64,000 bases of DNA from Abditibacterium sp. (GCA_965199495.1 CBDASK010000003.1:3744001-3808000), one strand, 5' to 3'. Numbered from the stretch's first letter, positions 19,807 to 29,545 are shown. Notes: a model not told the origin generated them from the letters alone. Made by a program: numbers and translations.

Positions 19807-20358
19807 ATGCCACCTCTCTTTCTTTTGTTCGTGCTTTCGGTAGCCATCGGCTCAAATTACGCCTCAAACGGCACCAACTCGAAATTTGCGGCGCCACACA
19901 CAACCGGTTTATCTGCCGCGAAAACGCAGAGTGCGCTTCCGATTTCGCTCTCCGATGCAACCACGGCGCCGCCAGCAATTGCTCTGATTGAGGCGGACGC
20001 GGCAGGATTGCTGATGCCGTCGGAAACCGATGCGCCGATTCTGGTGAAATACTGGGCATCGGAGAAAACCGAATTATTGCCCGGCGACGTGGCTGCTCTG
20101 ATCGAGCAGAAAGCCGATGCGCCGCTTGAAACGCAAACTGTCGCCGAATTTTTTAAGAACGCCGCGACAATTGAAGACTGGATGAGCGACGATGAAAAAG
20201 CGACGGCGCAGAAATTTCAAAAATTGATCGTCACTTTGCAAACCCAATTGGATAATTCTCACGTTTATCTATTTGGCGAGCGCGAGCGCACCGTCGTCGT
20301 TATCGGCAAAGTCAAAGGAGGTTTTGGCGGCGTCGTGACGTTGGTTGTCGAGACTTGA
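19807..20358 (+). CDS. Nuclease A inhibitor (NuiA) family protein
   Basis: GLLMPSETDAP, FF...DW...E.....KF..L..TL and C-terminal VVET. Confidence 0.8.
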   Translation: MPPLFLLFVLSVAIGSNYASNGTNSKFAAPHTTGLSAAKTQSALPISLSDATTAPPAIALIEADAAGLLMPSETDAPILVKYWASEKTELLPGDVAALIEQKADAPLETQTVAEFFKNAATIEDWMSDDEKATAQKFQKLIVTLQTQLDNSHVYLFGERERTVVVIGKVKGGFGGVVTLVVET

Positions 20359-20521
20359 AGCGTGCTTCCGCCTTTGTCCTATTGAACACACAATAATTGG
20401 CGGCGGACAAACCGCACTAACTACAACAACTTTAAATCGTTATGCCTTGCGCGCGGCGCGATGATGTCTTAAACCCGCTTGGCCCCAAATCGGCTCTTTT
20501 ACCGGCGCCTCTGGCCTTCTT

Positions 20522-22045
20522 ATGTCTGATTCCCCACAAACTTCTCCTCGCAACGGTTCGCGGCAATCGCCTTCCTGCGTTATGACGATCTTCGGCGCGA
20601 CCGGCGATTTGACCAAACGCAAGCTCATTCCCGCTATCTACGATTTGGCCTGCCAGAAACTTTTGCCCGACGAATTCGCCATCGTCGGTTATGGTCGGCG
20701 CCCGCAGGACGAAACCGAATTCCGCAAAGGTCTGGGCGAAGGCGCCAAAGAGTTTTCGCGCCTCGATTGGAACGAGGAAACTTGGAATTGGTTGTCGGAG
20801 CGCATTTTCTATCAGCCCGGCGGCTACGGCGATCACGATTCTCATGAAGCACTCGAAACGCGTTTGAACGAAATCGCCGAGAAGTTTGGTATCGGCAATC
20901 ATCGTTTGTATTATCTCTCGATTCCGCCCGAAGAGTTCGCGCCCGTTATCGAGAATATCGGCAAAATCCGCCAAGAACATCGCGAAAAAACCGGCGACAG
21001 AGACGCGTGGCGCCGCATCATCGTCGAGAAACCGTTCGGCCAAGATTTGGATTCGGCGCGCAAACTCAACGCGCTGTTGGCGAGGTATTTCAAAGAACCC
21101 GAAGTTTTCCGCATTGACCATTATCTGGGCAAAGAGACTGTCCAGAACATCCTGACTTTGCGTTTTGGCAACATCATCTGGGAGCCGGTCTGGAATAATC
21201 ATTATATTGATCACGTTCAAATCGTGGTATCGGAGAAGGTTGATGTCGGCCAGCGCGCCGGTTACTACGAGTCGTCGGGCGCGCTGCGCGATATGGTCGT
21301 CAACCACATGTTTCAGGTGATGAGTCTGGTTTGCATGGAGCCGCCGACGAGTTTGGCCGCCGACGACGTGCGCGACGAGAAACTCAAGGTTTTGCGCGCC
21401 GTCGAGAAGATGACGCCGACCGAGATTTTGGACAACACGATTCGCGGCCAATACACCGGCTACCGCGAGGCCGAGGGCGTCGCGCCCGATTCCAATACCG
21501 AAACTTATGTCGCGCTGAAACTCGAAATTGATAACTGGCGTTGGGCGGGCGTGCCGATTTATCTGCGTCACGGCAAAGCCTTGGAAGAACGCGTTTCGGA
21601 AGTCGTGATTCGTTGGAAAGACGTGCCGAGCGTGTTGTTCAATGAGGAGCCGGAGAACGCGCTCAAGAGCAATATGTTGGTGATGCGGATTCAGCCGCAC
21701 GACGGTTTTGCTTTGCGCATCAACGCCAAAGTGCCCGGCGGCAACGAGATTCGCGACGTGCGCATGAATTTCGATTACGCCGAAACTTTCGGTGCCGAGC
21801 CGCCCGAAGCCTACGAACGTTTGCTGCACGACGCTCTGATCGGCGATTCGACGTTGTTCACGCGGCGCGACGAAAGCGAGGCGGCATGGGGCATCGTTGA
21901 CCCGATTTTGGAAGCGTGGAAAGACGCGGGCGCGCCCGATTTCTACCAGAAGGGCAGTTGGGGGCCAAAAGAAGCCGACGACTTTTTGTCGCGCGATGGT
22001 CGCCGTTGGCACAAGCCACCGGCGGACACGTTGAAGGGAAAATAA
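20522..22045 (+). CDS. zwf: Glucose-6-phosphate 1-dehydrogenase
   Basis: GATGDL, EKPFG, RIDHYLGKE and WRWAGVP. Confidence 0.97.
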   Translation: MSDSPQTSPRNGSRQSPSCVMTIFGATGDLTKRKLIPAIYDLACQKLLPDEFAIVGYGRRPQDETEFRKGLGEGAKEFSRLDWNEETWNWLSERIFYQPGGYGDHDSHEALETRLNEIAEKFGIGNHRLYYLSIPPEEFAPVIENIGKIRQEHREKTGDRDAWRRIIVEKPFGQDLDSARKLNALLARYFKEPEVFRIDHYLGKETVQNILTLRFGNIIWEPVWNNHYIDHVQIVVSEKVDVGQRAGYYESSGALRDMVVNHMFQVMSLVCMEPPTSLAADDVRDEKLKVLRAVEKMTPTEILDNTIRGQYTGYREAEGVAPDSNTETYVALKLEIDNWRWAGVPIYLRHGKALEERVSEVVIRWKDVPSVLFNEEPENALKSNMLVMRIQPHDGFALRINAKVPGGNEIRDVRMNFDYAETFGAEPPEAYERLLHDALIGDSTLFTRRDESEAAWGIVDPILEAWKDAGAPDFYQKGSWGPKEADDFLSRDGRRWHKPPADTLKGK

Positions 22046-22058
22046 GAAGGCGGAATTT

Positions 22059-22107
22059 GAGTAATCGTGCGACGTGGCTGCTGTTGAGGACGCGGAATTT
22101 GCGGGAT
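22059..22107 (+). repeat. Second copy of the rplQ 3' junction segment
   Basis: Matches 16162-16211 with one indel. Confidence 0.95.
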
Positions 22108-22145
22108 GATAAAATTGTTCTAACGCGAAGGTTTGGAGGTTATTC

Positions 22146-22583
22146 ATGAAAATACCATCTTTTTTTGCAACCGTTGCGGTTATCTGCTTTGGTCAAGTTG
22201 CGATGGCTGATAACAAATCAGACAACGAATTGAAAATTTTGGCTTCAAGAACCAAACTTATGGTCACGGGGCGGGCAGTCTCCAAACCAGAGTTAAGCCC
22301 AATAGGTGTGGGTTATTTGATTTTCGACTTCAGGTTTCAGGCCACACAGGTTTTAAAAGGTGTAATGCCGACATCGAAGAAACTTTTTGTGGAATTCGAC
22401 GCTCCGAAGGATTACCGAAGCGAGCCTTATAAGCTCCCAACTCCACCAGTAAAAGTTGGAATACCTTACATTTTGTTTTTGCATGACAAGGGGGCAGGAA
22501 ACATTCCGAGGTGGAAAGTTGTTGGTATTCGTCCTTACAGCTATCAATTGGTGAAGAAACTGAGACAATTGCATGCTTTGTAA
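22146..22583 (+). CDS. Low-GC hypothetical secreted protein
   Basis: GGAGGT ribosome-binding site, signal-peptide-like N-terminus, AT-rich codons. Confidence 0.7.
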   Translation: MKIPSFFATVAVICFGQVAMADNKSDNELKILASRTKLMVTGRAVSKPELSPIGVGYLIFDFRFQATQVLKGVMPTSKKLFVEFDAPKDYRSEPYKLPTPPVKVGIPYILFLHDKGAGNIPRWKVVGIRPYSYQLVKKLRQLHAL

Positions 22584-22631
22584 TAGTAGCAGAGCAAACC
22601 GTTCCAACAACCGCCTAAACCGGAAACGCAA

Positions 22632-22763
22632 ATACGACCAATCGCTTTAACTGTCGCCTACGACGGCACGGACTTGTGCGGAGCGCAACGTCAGCACAAT
22701 GGGCGCGCGATTCAGGGCGAAATCGAAGGCGCGCTGGAAAGTTTGCTCCAAGACACCACCTAA
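22632..22763 (+). pseudogene. truA: Diverged truA 5' fragment (about 43 codons, start codon ATA)
   Basis: [40 protein letters not shown] aligns with tru[41 protein letters not shown]. Confidence 0.9.
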
Positions 22764-22769
22764 ATCAAC

Positions 22770-23486
22770 ATGAATTCCGAAATTATTATTGCCGAAGATA
22801 GCGCGCAACTCGTTGAAATGTTGGCGGCGCGCCTCGTCATGACCGCGCGCCAGTGCATTGATGAACGCGGCTCGTTTTCGCTGGCGCTGTCGGGCGGTTC
22901 GACGCCCAAAGCGCTTTATCAAAAATTGGCTTCTCCGCAGTGGAAATCGCAAATTGATTGGGCGAACTGCGACATCGTCTTTGGCGACGACCGCGCCGTG
23001 GCTGCGGATGACGCGTTGTCGAATTATCGCATGGCGCGCGAAACGTTATTGGATTTCGTTCCGGCGCGTATATATCGCATCGCAACTGAATCGGACGATT
23101 TGGAAAAAGCGGCGGCGGATTATGACAAGGTTTTGCGTGGGTTGGGCGGGCGTTTGGATGTCGTTTTGCTGGGCCTTGGCGACGATGGTCATACGGCGTC
23201 GCTGTTTCCGGGTTCGCCGCAATTGGACGTTCACGATAAGTGGGTGACGGCCACGCCGGTCGCTTCGTTGGAGCCGCACGTTCGGCGCGTGACTTTTACC
23301 TTCGATTGCATCAATGCGGCGCGGCACATTTGGTTTTTGGCCGTCGGCGTGGGCAAATCCGAGCGCGTTTACGATGTATTGCGCGGATCGAAAAATATCG
23401 CGAAATGGCCCGCGCAGGGCGTTAATCCGCAAAGCGGCGAGTTAGTCTGGTTCTTAGATGAGGCGGCAGCGCGCGATTTGGATTGA
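22770..23486 (+). CDS. pgl: 6-phosphogluconolactonase
   Basis: ALSGGSTPK, FGDDRAV, LLGLGDDGHTASLFP and WFLDEAAA. Confidence 0.95.
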   Translation: MNSEIIIAEDSAQLVEMLAARLVMTARQCIDERGSFSLALSGGSTPKALYQKLASPQWKSQIDWANCDIVFGDDRAVAADDALSNYRMARETLLDFVPARIYRIATESDDLEKAAADYDKVLRGLGGRLDVVLLGLGDDGHTASLFPGSPQLDVHDKWVTATPVASLEPHVRRVTFTFDCINAARHIWFLAVGVGKSERVYDVLRGSKNIAKWPAQGVNPQSGELVWFLDEAAARDLD

Positions 23487-23517
23487 ACAGTGGAAAATCA
23501 AGCTGATTTACAATCCC

Positions 23518-23553
23518 AAAAAGGCCGCAACGTTTGCACGTTGCGGCCTTTTC
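23518..23553. terminator. Bidirectional intrinsic terminator
   Basis: AAAAAGGCCGCAACG...CGTTGCGGCCTTTT between convergent genes. Confidence 0.8.
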
Positions 23554-23566
23554 GTTTGTCACCAAT

Positions 23567-24238
23567 TTACGCCACGATATAGGGCGCGATTAATGTCGTG
23601 ACTTGATCGGTTGTGAGCGGCGATTCGTAATATCGCGGTGCGAAATCGAAGCCCGCGAGCGAACGCAAAATCGCGGCGTGTTGCGCTTCAGCGCCGTAAA
23701 TTGAAGCGGCGGCTTTGCGAATATCGTCGCTCTGGATGGAGCCGACGGCGCCCAGATAGGCGCCGATGCCGATCTCTTCGAGCGTGTAGCCGAGCCACGC
23801 GAATGTGATGGGCGACAAAAACACGCTCGCCGGGAACTGAAAACTGGGCGTTTCAGGCACGGTTTGGCCCGCGCCCGTTAAAACGGCTTCGAGAGCTTGG
23901 ACGTGAGAGGCTTCGGCCCCCGCGATTTGTTGCGTCAGCTCGAACGCGCGCGCGGGCAAATAGGCTTTGTCTCCGTGGGCCGCCACGACCTGCGCATAAA
24001 ACGCGGCTTCCAAACGCTCCATCGTTAACGCGAATTTCACGATGTCGAGGTCGCCCGTAGGCGTCGCCATCGTGGTCGCCGGTTCCAGCATCATCTGTTT
24101 TTTCGCGTCCATGTCCGCCGTGGCTGGTTGGGCGTGGCCAGATTTGGCCGCCAATAAAAGTGCGGCGGCGCCGACACCAGCAGCGCTGGCTTGAGCCAAA
24201 GCGCCTCGGCGCGAAATATTTTGTGGGGTATTATTCAT
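23567..24238 (-). CDS. Tat-exported ferritin-like domain protein
   Basis: SRRG twin-arginine signal; ALTMERLEAAFY, EASHV, EEIGIGAY and EAQH motifs. Confidence 0.85.
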   Translation of the reverse strand: MNNTPQNISRRGALAQASAAGVGAAALLLAAKSGHAQPATADMDAKKQMMLEPATTMATPTGDLDIVKFALTMERLEAAFYAQVVAAHGDKAYLPARAFELTQQIAGAEASHVQALEAVLTGAGQTVPETPSFQFPASVFLSPITFAWLGYTLEEIGIGAYLGAVGSIQSDDIRKAAASIYGAEAQHAAILRSLAGFDFAPRYYESPLTTDQVTTLIAPYIVA

Positions 24239-24240
24239 AT

Positions 24241-24900
24241 TTAAATCTCGGTGCCGAAGCCGAATTTGCTCAAAGTTTTGCCGACTTCCTGAACCGAGAG
24301 CGGCGTGACATAAGTATCGAACGGGCTGAGTCCGGCCATTTCTTTGAGCATCGCCTGATGGCGATTTTGCACGCCCGCCAGCGCGGCAATTGCCTGAACG
24401 ATGTCGGCTTTGCCGCCTTTGCCAACGATGCCATGAAACGCGCCAACTGCCGTAGATTTAATCGTGATGGCCGAAGCGAAAAACTTCTCGCGCGAGGCGT
24501 AATTGGTGTTCATCTGGAAGTTCGGCTCCATCTGCGACGAAGGCATCGTCGCGCGTGAGGGCATCAGGCCGCGTTGCGCGCGCGCGGCGCTAAACCAGCG
24601 CGCCTGATCGCCGTCTTGCGTCGCGATTGTGAGCAAGGCTTTGCCTTCGCCCGGCGTCAACGGGTCAATGAGGCCGGAACGGAGCGCGCGCGAGAAAAAT
24701 TGATTTTGGAAAAATTGCACGTTTTCCAAAAACTTGAGTTCGGAGGCCAAACCCAAATCGAGCGCGCGCGCGGGCAGGGCGGGCAGGGCAATGGCCGCCG
24801 CACCAGCCACGGCGCCCAATGCCAGAAAACTGCGCCGCGTCGTGGCGGGCGAAACCGAATTGGGTTCGGTTGAGAGAGTGAGATCGGGAAATTCCGTCAT
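24241..24900 (-). CDS. Tat-exported degenerate ferritin-like protein
   Basis: TRRSFL signal. Layout parallels the adjacent gene, but the E/H ligands are mostly replaced. Confidence 0.55.
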   Translation of the reverse strand: MTEFPDLTLSTEPNSVSPATTRRSFLALGAVAGAAAIALPALPARALDLGLASELKFLENVQFFQNQFFSRALRSGLIDPLTPGEGKALLTIATQDGDQARWFSAARAQRGLMPSRATMPSSQMEPNFQMNTNYASREKFFASAITIKSTAVGAFHGIVGKGGKADIVQAIAALAGVQNRHQAMLKEMAGLSPFDTYVTPLSVQEVGKTLSKFGFGTEI

Positions 24901-24977
24901 AATGCTCCTCGAAAGAGGTGCCTCAATTTTAACCGATTGGGAGATAAACTCCAACTTTAGTTGTTTTGTGGGAATGA

Positions 24978-25143
24978 TTCAGTTTCTCCTCCCTGTCATT
25001 CTGAGCGCAGTGAGGCACGAACGAAGTCGAAGAATCCATAACTTTGAAGTCTCTTCAAACGCGCGCGGCGCCCCGGACGCACTGGATTCTTCGACTTCGT
25101 TCGTGCCTCACTGCGCTCAGAATGACAGGGAGGAGAAACTGAA
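24978..25143. repeat. REP-like palindromic element, family A, copy 2
   Basis: Inverted arms with core GTCATTCTGAGCGCAGTGAGGCACGAACGAAGTCGAAGAATCCA. Confidence 0.85.
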
Positions 25144-25172
25144 CCATTCCGTTTTGTGAACATCTCGCCGCT

Positions 25173-28100
25173 TTATCCGACAGTCATTTCGACCTGCGCA
25201 TAACCCATTTTGTCGCGCGACAATTGATAGCGATGGCCGAAAAAATCCTGCACATCGTTTTGATGCGAGACGACAATAATGCGCCCACCTTTCAATTCGT
25301 GCTCGCTCAGATGGCGCAGGTTATCCACCATCAAACCGCGATTTTCTTCGTCCAAGGCGCCAAAACCTTCGTCAATCACGAGCGTGTTCATCGGCGCGCC
25401 GCCCGCCGCCATTTGGCCAATGGCAATCGCCAGACTAATCGCCACGCGAAACCGTTCGCCACCGCTGAGCGCATCGAAAGTGCGCTGCGCGCCGCCGCGC
25501 GCCAAATCGCGCGCGATGATTTCGAGTTCTTTGTCTTTATCGTCCTCACCCGCTTCGCGCAAATCAATTTGCCATTGGCCTTTCGATAAACGCCCCAAAA
25601 TCTTGTTAGCCGCGCCGCGCAAGTTTTCCTGCGCCTGCTTGATGATGCGCGCCTGCAAACCGTCGCGCCCCAACGCCTCGGCCAGTTCATTGTCGCGGCC
25701 AAACTCGACTTGCGCCTCGTTGCGGCCTGTTTCGGCGCGTTCCCATGTCGCGCGCGCCTGACGCGTCTCAATTAAATTCTCACGCGCGTTTTGCAATGCG
25801 TCTTCCGCGTTATCTAATTCGGCACGCGCTTGATTTAACGCCGTTTGCGCCCGCTCGACTTCGATGCGATGTTCGATGGGAATCGCCGCGATTTGATCTC
25901 GCAAAAACTGGATTTCGCTTTCCAAATCGCGCACGCGTTGCCGCGCCTGCGCCAGTTCGCCCGCGCGTGCAGCCACGGCGCCCAAATCGTTGGTGCGCGC
26001 GCTTAAATCGTTCAACTTTCCGTCTTCATGCGCGGCAGCGTCTTCGCGCCAACGCGGCGCAAGTCCGTCGAGTTGCGCGTTTAATTCGGCGTTCGCTTTC
26101 CGCGCGACATCCAATTTTTGCGCTTCCAACGCCGCCGCGAGTTTCGCGTTGTTCTGCGCTTCCGTCAAATCGTCGCGCGCTTTTTGCTGCCGATGTTGCG
26201 CGTCTTGCGCTTCGTCTTGCGCCGCTTTCAATCCTGCGTTCGCGTGCTGCAAAACGCTCTGCAAATCGTCTTGCAATTCGCCAATTAAGCGGCGTTTCGC
26301 GTCGTCCCAAGCGGGCAAACGCCGCAGTTGGTCGCGATTCGCTTTCGCCGTGGCTTGTGTTTGCAACTCGACATTGCGCGCCTTTTGCAAAGCGCGCCAA
26401 TCGTCTTCGATTGTCACAGGTTCCTGCCGAGAAAGTCGCTGTTCCAGCGTGCCCAAATCTTCGCGTGCCCACTCGCCCGCGTCAGCGCGCGCCATCGTTA
26501 ATTCGCGGCTTTTCTCGTTCATATCGCGCTGTGCTGCTTCGAGTTGCGCTTCGGTTTTGCCCGCGATTTTGTCCGCTTTATCAAACTCGGCGCGCGCGTT
26601 TTTTTCGGTTTGCGCGCGCGCTTTTTTATCTGTTTCCAAAGCGCGTAATTCGCCTTCGATTTCGCCCAAGCGCGCTTGCCACTTTTCAATTTCGCGGCGC
26701 AACATTTCGCGTTCGTGCGCAATCCGTTCGCACGCATCCGAACCGTTGGAACCGTCGAGCGTTGAGCCGCAAGTCGGACATTCGTCGGCGTCTTGCAATT
26801 CGTCGCGCGCGCGCAAAATTTCGCGATTCAATTCTAATTTGGCCGCTAACTTTGCGCGTTGCGTTTTGAGTTCTTCGTCCGCGCCATCCAATTCGCCGTG
26901 CGCTTGCCGCGCCTTTTTCCACGTCGCTTCAGCACTTTTCGCATTTTGCGCGGCGATTTCGCCCGCTTTTTGCGCGTCATTGGCCGCATTTTGCGCGGTC
27001 GTCAACTTTCGCGATGCTTGCTCAAGCGGGCGCACTTTTGCGATTATCGCGTTCAAATCCTCGATTTGCGCGCGCCGCGCTTCGATATTTTCCGCTTGAT
27101 TCAACCAAACGCGATGCGGTTCTAATGCGCGCTCACAAGCAGCCACGGCGGCTTCCAACTCTTCGATTTGCGCCAACGTTTCGGCATCTCTTTGCGCGTT
27201 GGCGCCGTCCAATTCGGCCTGTTTCGCGCGCAATTGCGCTTGCATCAAAGCGTCGGCGGCGAGTTCGCTTTGCGCCCGCGTTTGTTCCACGAACGGCGCC
27301 AATTCGCGTTCTTTGATTTGCGCGTTTTCCCGTTCCGCGCGCGCCGGTTCCAACTCTACTTCGGCGCCCGACAACGCGCGCCGCGCCGCGCCGATGGAAC
27401 GGAGCGACGGCAAAATCGCGTTCAATTCGTCACGTTCCGTCACAGCTTGTTCGATGATTTCGGCATCAGCCAAAATCGCCGCGTCATCGCTTTGCCGCGC
27501 GATTTTAGCATCAACTTGCGTTTGCCAATCCGCCGCTAAAATTGCGTCATCGCACAGCTTTTGCGCGCGCTTGGCCGTTTCCCCCAATTTACCAACGCGC
27601 GTTTGCGCATTGGTCGCGAGTTGTTCGGCGCGCGTCAAATCTTCGGGCGAAACCGGCGCGCAGTTTTGCAATTGCGTCTCCTTAATTTTAAGTTCGACCC
27701 GCGATTGGTTGCGTCGCGCGTTGGCGGCGGCGCTGATTTTTTCGTATACGCTCAGGTCGAGCAGTTCCATCAATTGATCGCGGCGTTCGCGCGGCGTCGC
27801 GCGCAAAAAACGGTCGGCGCGGCCCTGTTCTAAAATCACCGACGAGACAAAATTTTCGTAAGAAACTTTGAGCGTGCGCTCCGCCCAATCGCGGATTTTG
27901 CCGACGTTTTCTTCAACAACCCAACGGTTTTCGCTTTCGCGCCAGCGCGAAACTTCGGCCCACGAACTCGAATGTCCGTCGCGATTTTTCTTGAGTTTCA
28001 GGCGCCGCTTGATCAAATAACGCTCGCCGTTTGCTTCCAATTCGACCTCGACGTTTGCCGCCATGCTGCGGTCGTTGACGAGTTTGGCCAATTGTCCGCC

Positions 28101-28286
28101 GCGCGCCTTATCGAAGAGCGCGAATGTAATCGCGTCGAAAACCGAGCTTTTGCCGCTACCGTTGGCTCCGTGCATCAGCCACAAATTCGACTCGCGAAAA
28201 TCGAGGTCAATCGGCGCAATGGCGCCGTCAATTTCCCGTCCATAATGGGCCAAAAAGCCCTGCAAACTAACGCGATTTAACTTCAT
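25173..28286 (-). CDS. sbcC: SbcC/Rad50 SMC-like ATPase
   Basis: Walker A GANGSGKS, CPTC zinc hook, LSGGE and IDEGFGALD. Confidence 0.9.
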   Translation of the reverse strand: MKLNRVSLQGFLAHYGREIDGAIAPIDLDFRESNLWLMHGANGSGKSSVFDAITFALFDKARGGQLAKLVNDRSMAANVEVELEANGERYLIKRRLKLKKNRDGHSSSWAEVSRWRESENRWVVEENVGKIRDWAERTLKVSYENFVSSVILEQGRADRFLRATPRERRDQLMELLDLSVYEKISAAANARRNQSRVELKIKETQLQNCAPVSPEDLTRAEQLATNAQTRVGKLGETAKRAQKLCDDAILAADWQTQVDAKIARQSDDAAILADAEIIEQAVTERDELNAILPSLRSIGAARRALSGAEVELEPARAERENAQIKERELAPFVEQTRAQSELAADALMQAQLRAKQAELDGANAQRDAETLAQIEELEAAVAACERALEPHRVWLNQAENIEARRAQIEDLNAIIAKVRPLEQASRKLTTAQNAANDAQKAGEIAAQNAKSAEATWKKARQAHGELDGADEELKTQRAKLAAKLELNREILRARDELQDADECPTCGSTLDGSNGSDACERIAHEREMLRREIEKWQARLGEIEGELRALETDKKARAQTEKNARAEFDKADKIAGKTEAQLEAAQRDMNEKSRELTMARADAGEWAREDLGTLEQRLSRQEPVTIEDDWRALQKARNVELQTQATAKANRDQLRRLPAWDDAKRRLIGELQDDLQSVLQHANAGLKAAQDEAQDAQHRQQKARDDLTEAQNNAKLAAALEAQKLDVARKANAELNAQLDGLAPRWREDAAAHEDGKLNDLSARTNDLGAVAARAGELAQARQRVRDLESEIQFLRDQIAAIPIEHRIEVERAQTALNQARAELDNAEDALQNARENLIETRQARATWERAETGRNEAQVEFGRDNELAEALGRDGLQARIIKQAQENLRGAANKILGRLSKGQWQIDLREAGEDDKDKELEIIARDLARGGAQRTFDALSGGERFRVAISLAIAIGQMAAGGAPMNTLVIDEGFGALDEENRGLMVDNLRHLSEHELKGGRIIVVSHQNDVQDFFGHRYQLSRDKMGYAQVEMTVG

Positions 28287-29448
28287 TTTCGACTTCCTCC
28301 AAAATACTTAACGTCTTTTTTTGCAAAATATCTAAATCGGTGCGTTCGATAAACCGTTCGCCGATATAATCCATCGCCGTCGCTTTCCAATCGCGCGGCG
28401 CGAAATTCTCACGTTCGCTCACTTCGCTGTTTTCGTTGACCGAAACGCAATCCAAAACGCGCGGACACAACTCGTAAACGCGCCGCCGCGCGCCAACGGC
28501 ATCGTCGGCTCCGGCACAATCGAGCGTGACATGAACGAACGCGGTTTGATAATTGGGATAGCGTGCGGGCAACTCTTCGATGTCGTTGGCATGAATCTTA
28601 ATGTCTGTAAAGGGCGTCGCCGGAAGTTGCAGCCACGTCGCCGTGGCTGCATAGTTGTCGGCGCGGTCGGCGCCGATTTCGACCAGATAAACGCCGCGTT
28701 GCGGATCGTGCCGTTCGCCGCGATTGTAGCGATCCAAGTTGCCCGAATAGTAACACGGCACGACGCATTCGCCGCCTATTTTTTGCGGCTGATGAATATG
28801 TCCGAGCGCGATATAACTGACATTGCGCGGCAAATCGGCGGTGCCGATGCGCAGACCGGGCGTGTAAGACAATTCCATTTCCGACGGCGTTTTTACGCCC
28901 GCGACCGTGACGTGCCCGATGAAAACGGCGGGCTTGGAATCGTCGAAATTGGCCGCGATTTTCGCGACCTGCGCCGCGTAACCGGCGCTCATCGAAGCGT
29001 CGCGGTCGTCGTCGTGAGCGTCTTGATATTCGCGTGCATAACGCGCCAAAACGTCACGCGACGGGTAGGGCATCGCGCCCCACTGCACGCCGCACATCTC
29101 GAAATTTTCCGGCTGCTCGATGACATGCAATCGCGAAATCGCCTCGCCTTCGAGCGCCAAAAGCGCGCGCATCATCTGCAAATGTTCGGGCGTATCGTGG
29201 TTGCCCGACATCAAAACCACGTTCAACCCGCGCTCGATATGCGGCTTGAGCAAATCCGTCAAGCGTTTGGTCAGCGCCGCCAATCCGGTGCGCTTCTCGA
29301 AAACATCGCCCGCCACGACGAGGGCACAAACTTCATGTTGTTCGCATAATTCCAAGATTCGTTCGACCTGCGCGAACTGAATGTCGGTCAAATCGTGGGT
29401 GCCCAATCGCAAACCCAAATGCCAATCGCCGGTATGGATAAATTTCAT
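28267..29448 (-). CDS. sbcD: SbcD/Mre11 nuclease
   Basis: HTGDWHLG, AGDVF, GNHD and YIALGHIH. Confidence 0.9.
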   Translation of the reverse strand: MKFIHTGDWHLGLRLGTHDLTDIQFAQVERILELCEQHEVCALVVAGDVFEKRTGLAALTKRLTDLLKPHIERGLNVVLMSGNHDTPEHLQMMRALLALEGEAISRLHVIEQPENFEMCGVQWGAMPYPSRDVLARYAREYQDAHDDDRDASMSAGYAAQVAKIAANFDDSKPAVFIGHVTVAGVKTPSEMELSYTPGLRIGTADLPRNVSYIALGHIHQPQKIGGECVVPCYYSGNLDRYNRGERHDPQRGVYLVEIGADRADNYAATATWLQLPATPFTDIKIHANDIEELPARYPNYQTAFVHVTLDCAGADDAVGARRRVYELCPRVLDCVSVNENSEVSERENFAPRDWKATAMDYIGERFIERTDLDILQKKTLSILEEVENEVKSR

Positions 29449-29545
29449 CGTAAGTTTAAAATGGTTTCCAAGTATTCACTAATGAGGATGAATTCACAAG
29501 CGCATCCACAAAAACGCCCCGCGAAAGAAATCGCGAGGCGTTGGC

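Noticed and set aside
20432..22147. 571-aa antisense ORF over zwf; similar ORFs at 34871-36319 and 40952-42601
   Set aside because: Shadow frames of high-GC genes with no recognisable motifs.
25173..28286. Abundant GCGCGC and GCGATT(T) words as a second motif
   Set aside because: Plausibly explained by Ala/Arg/Ile codon pairs; cannot be separated from codon bias by eye.
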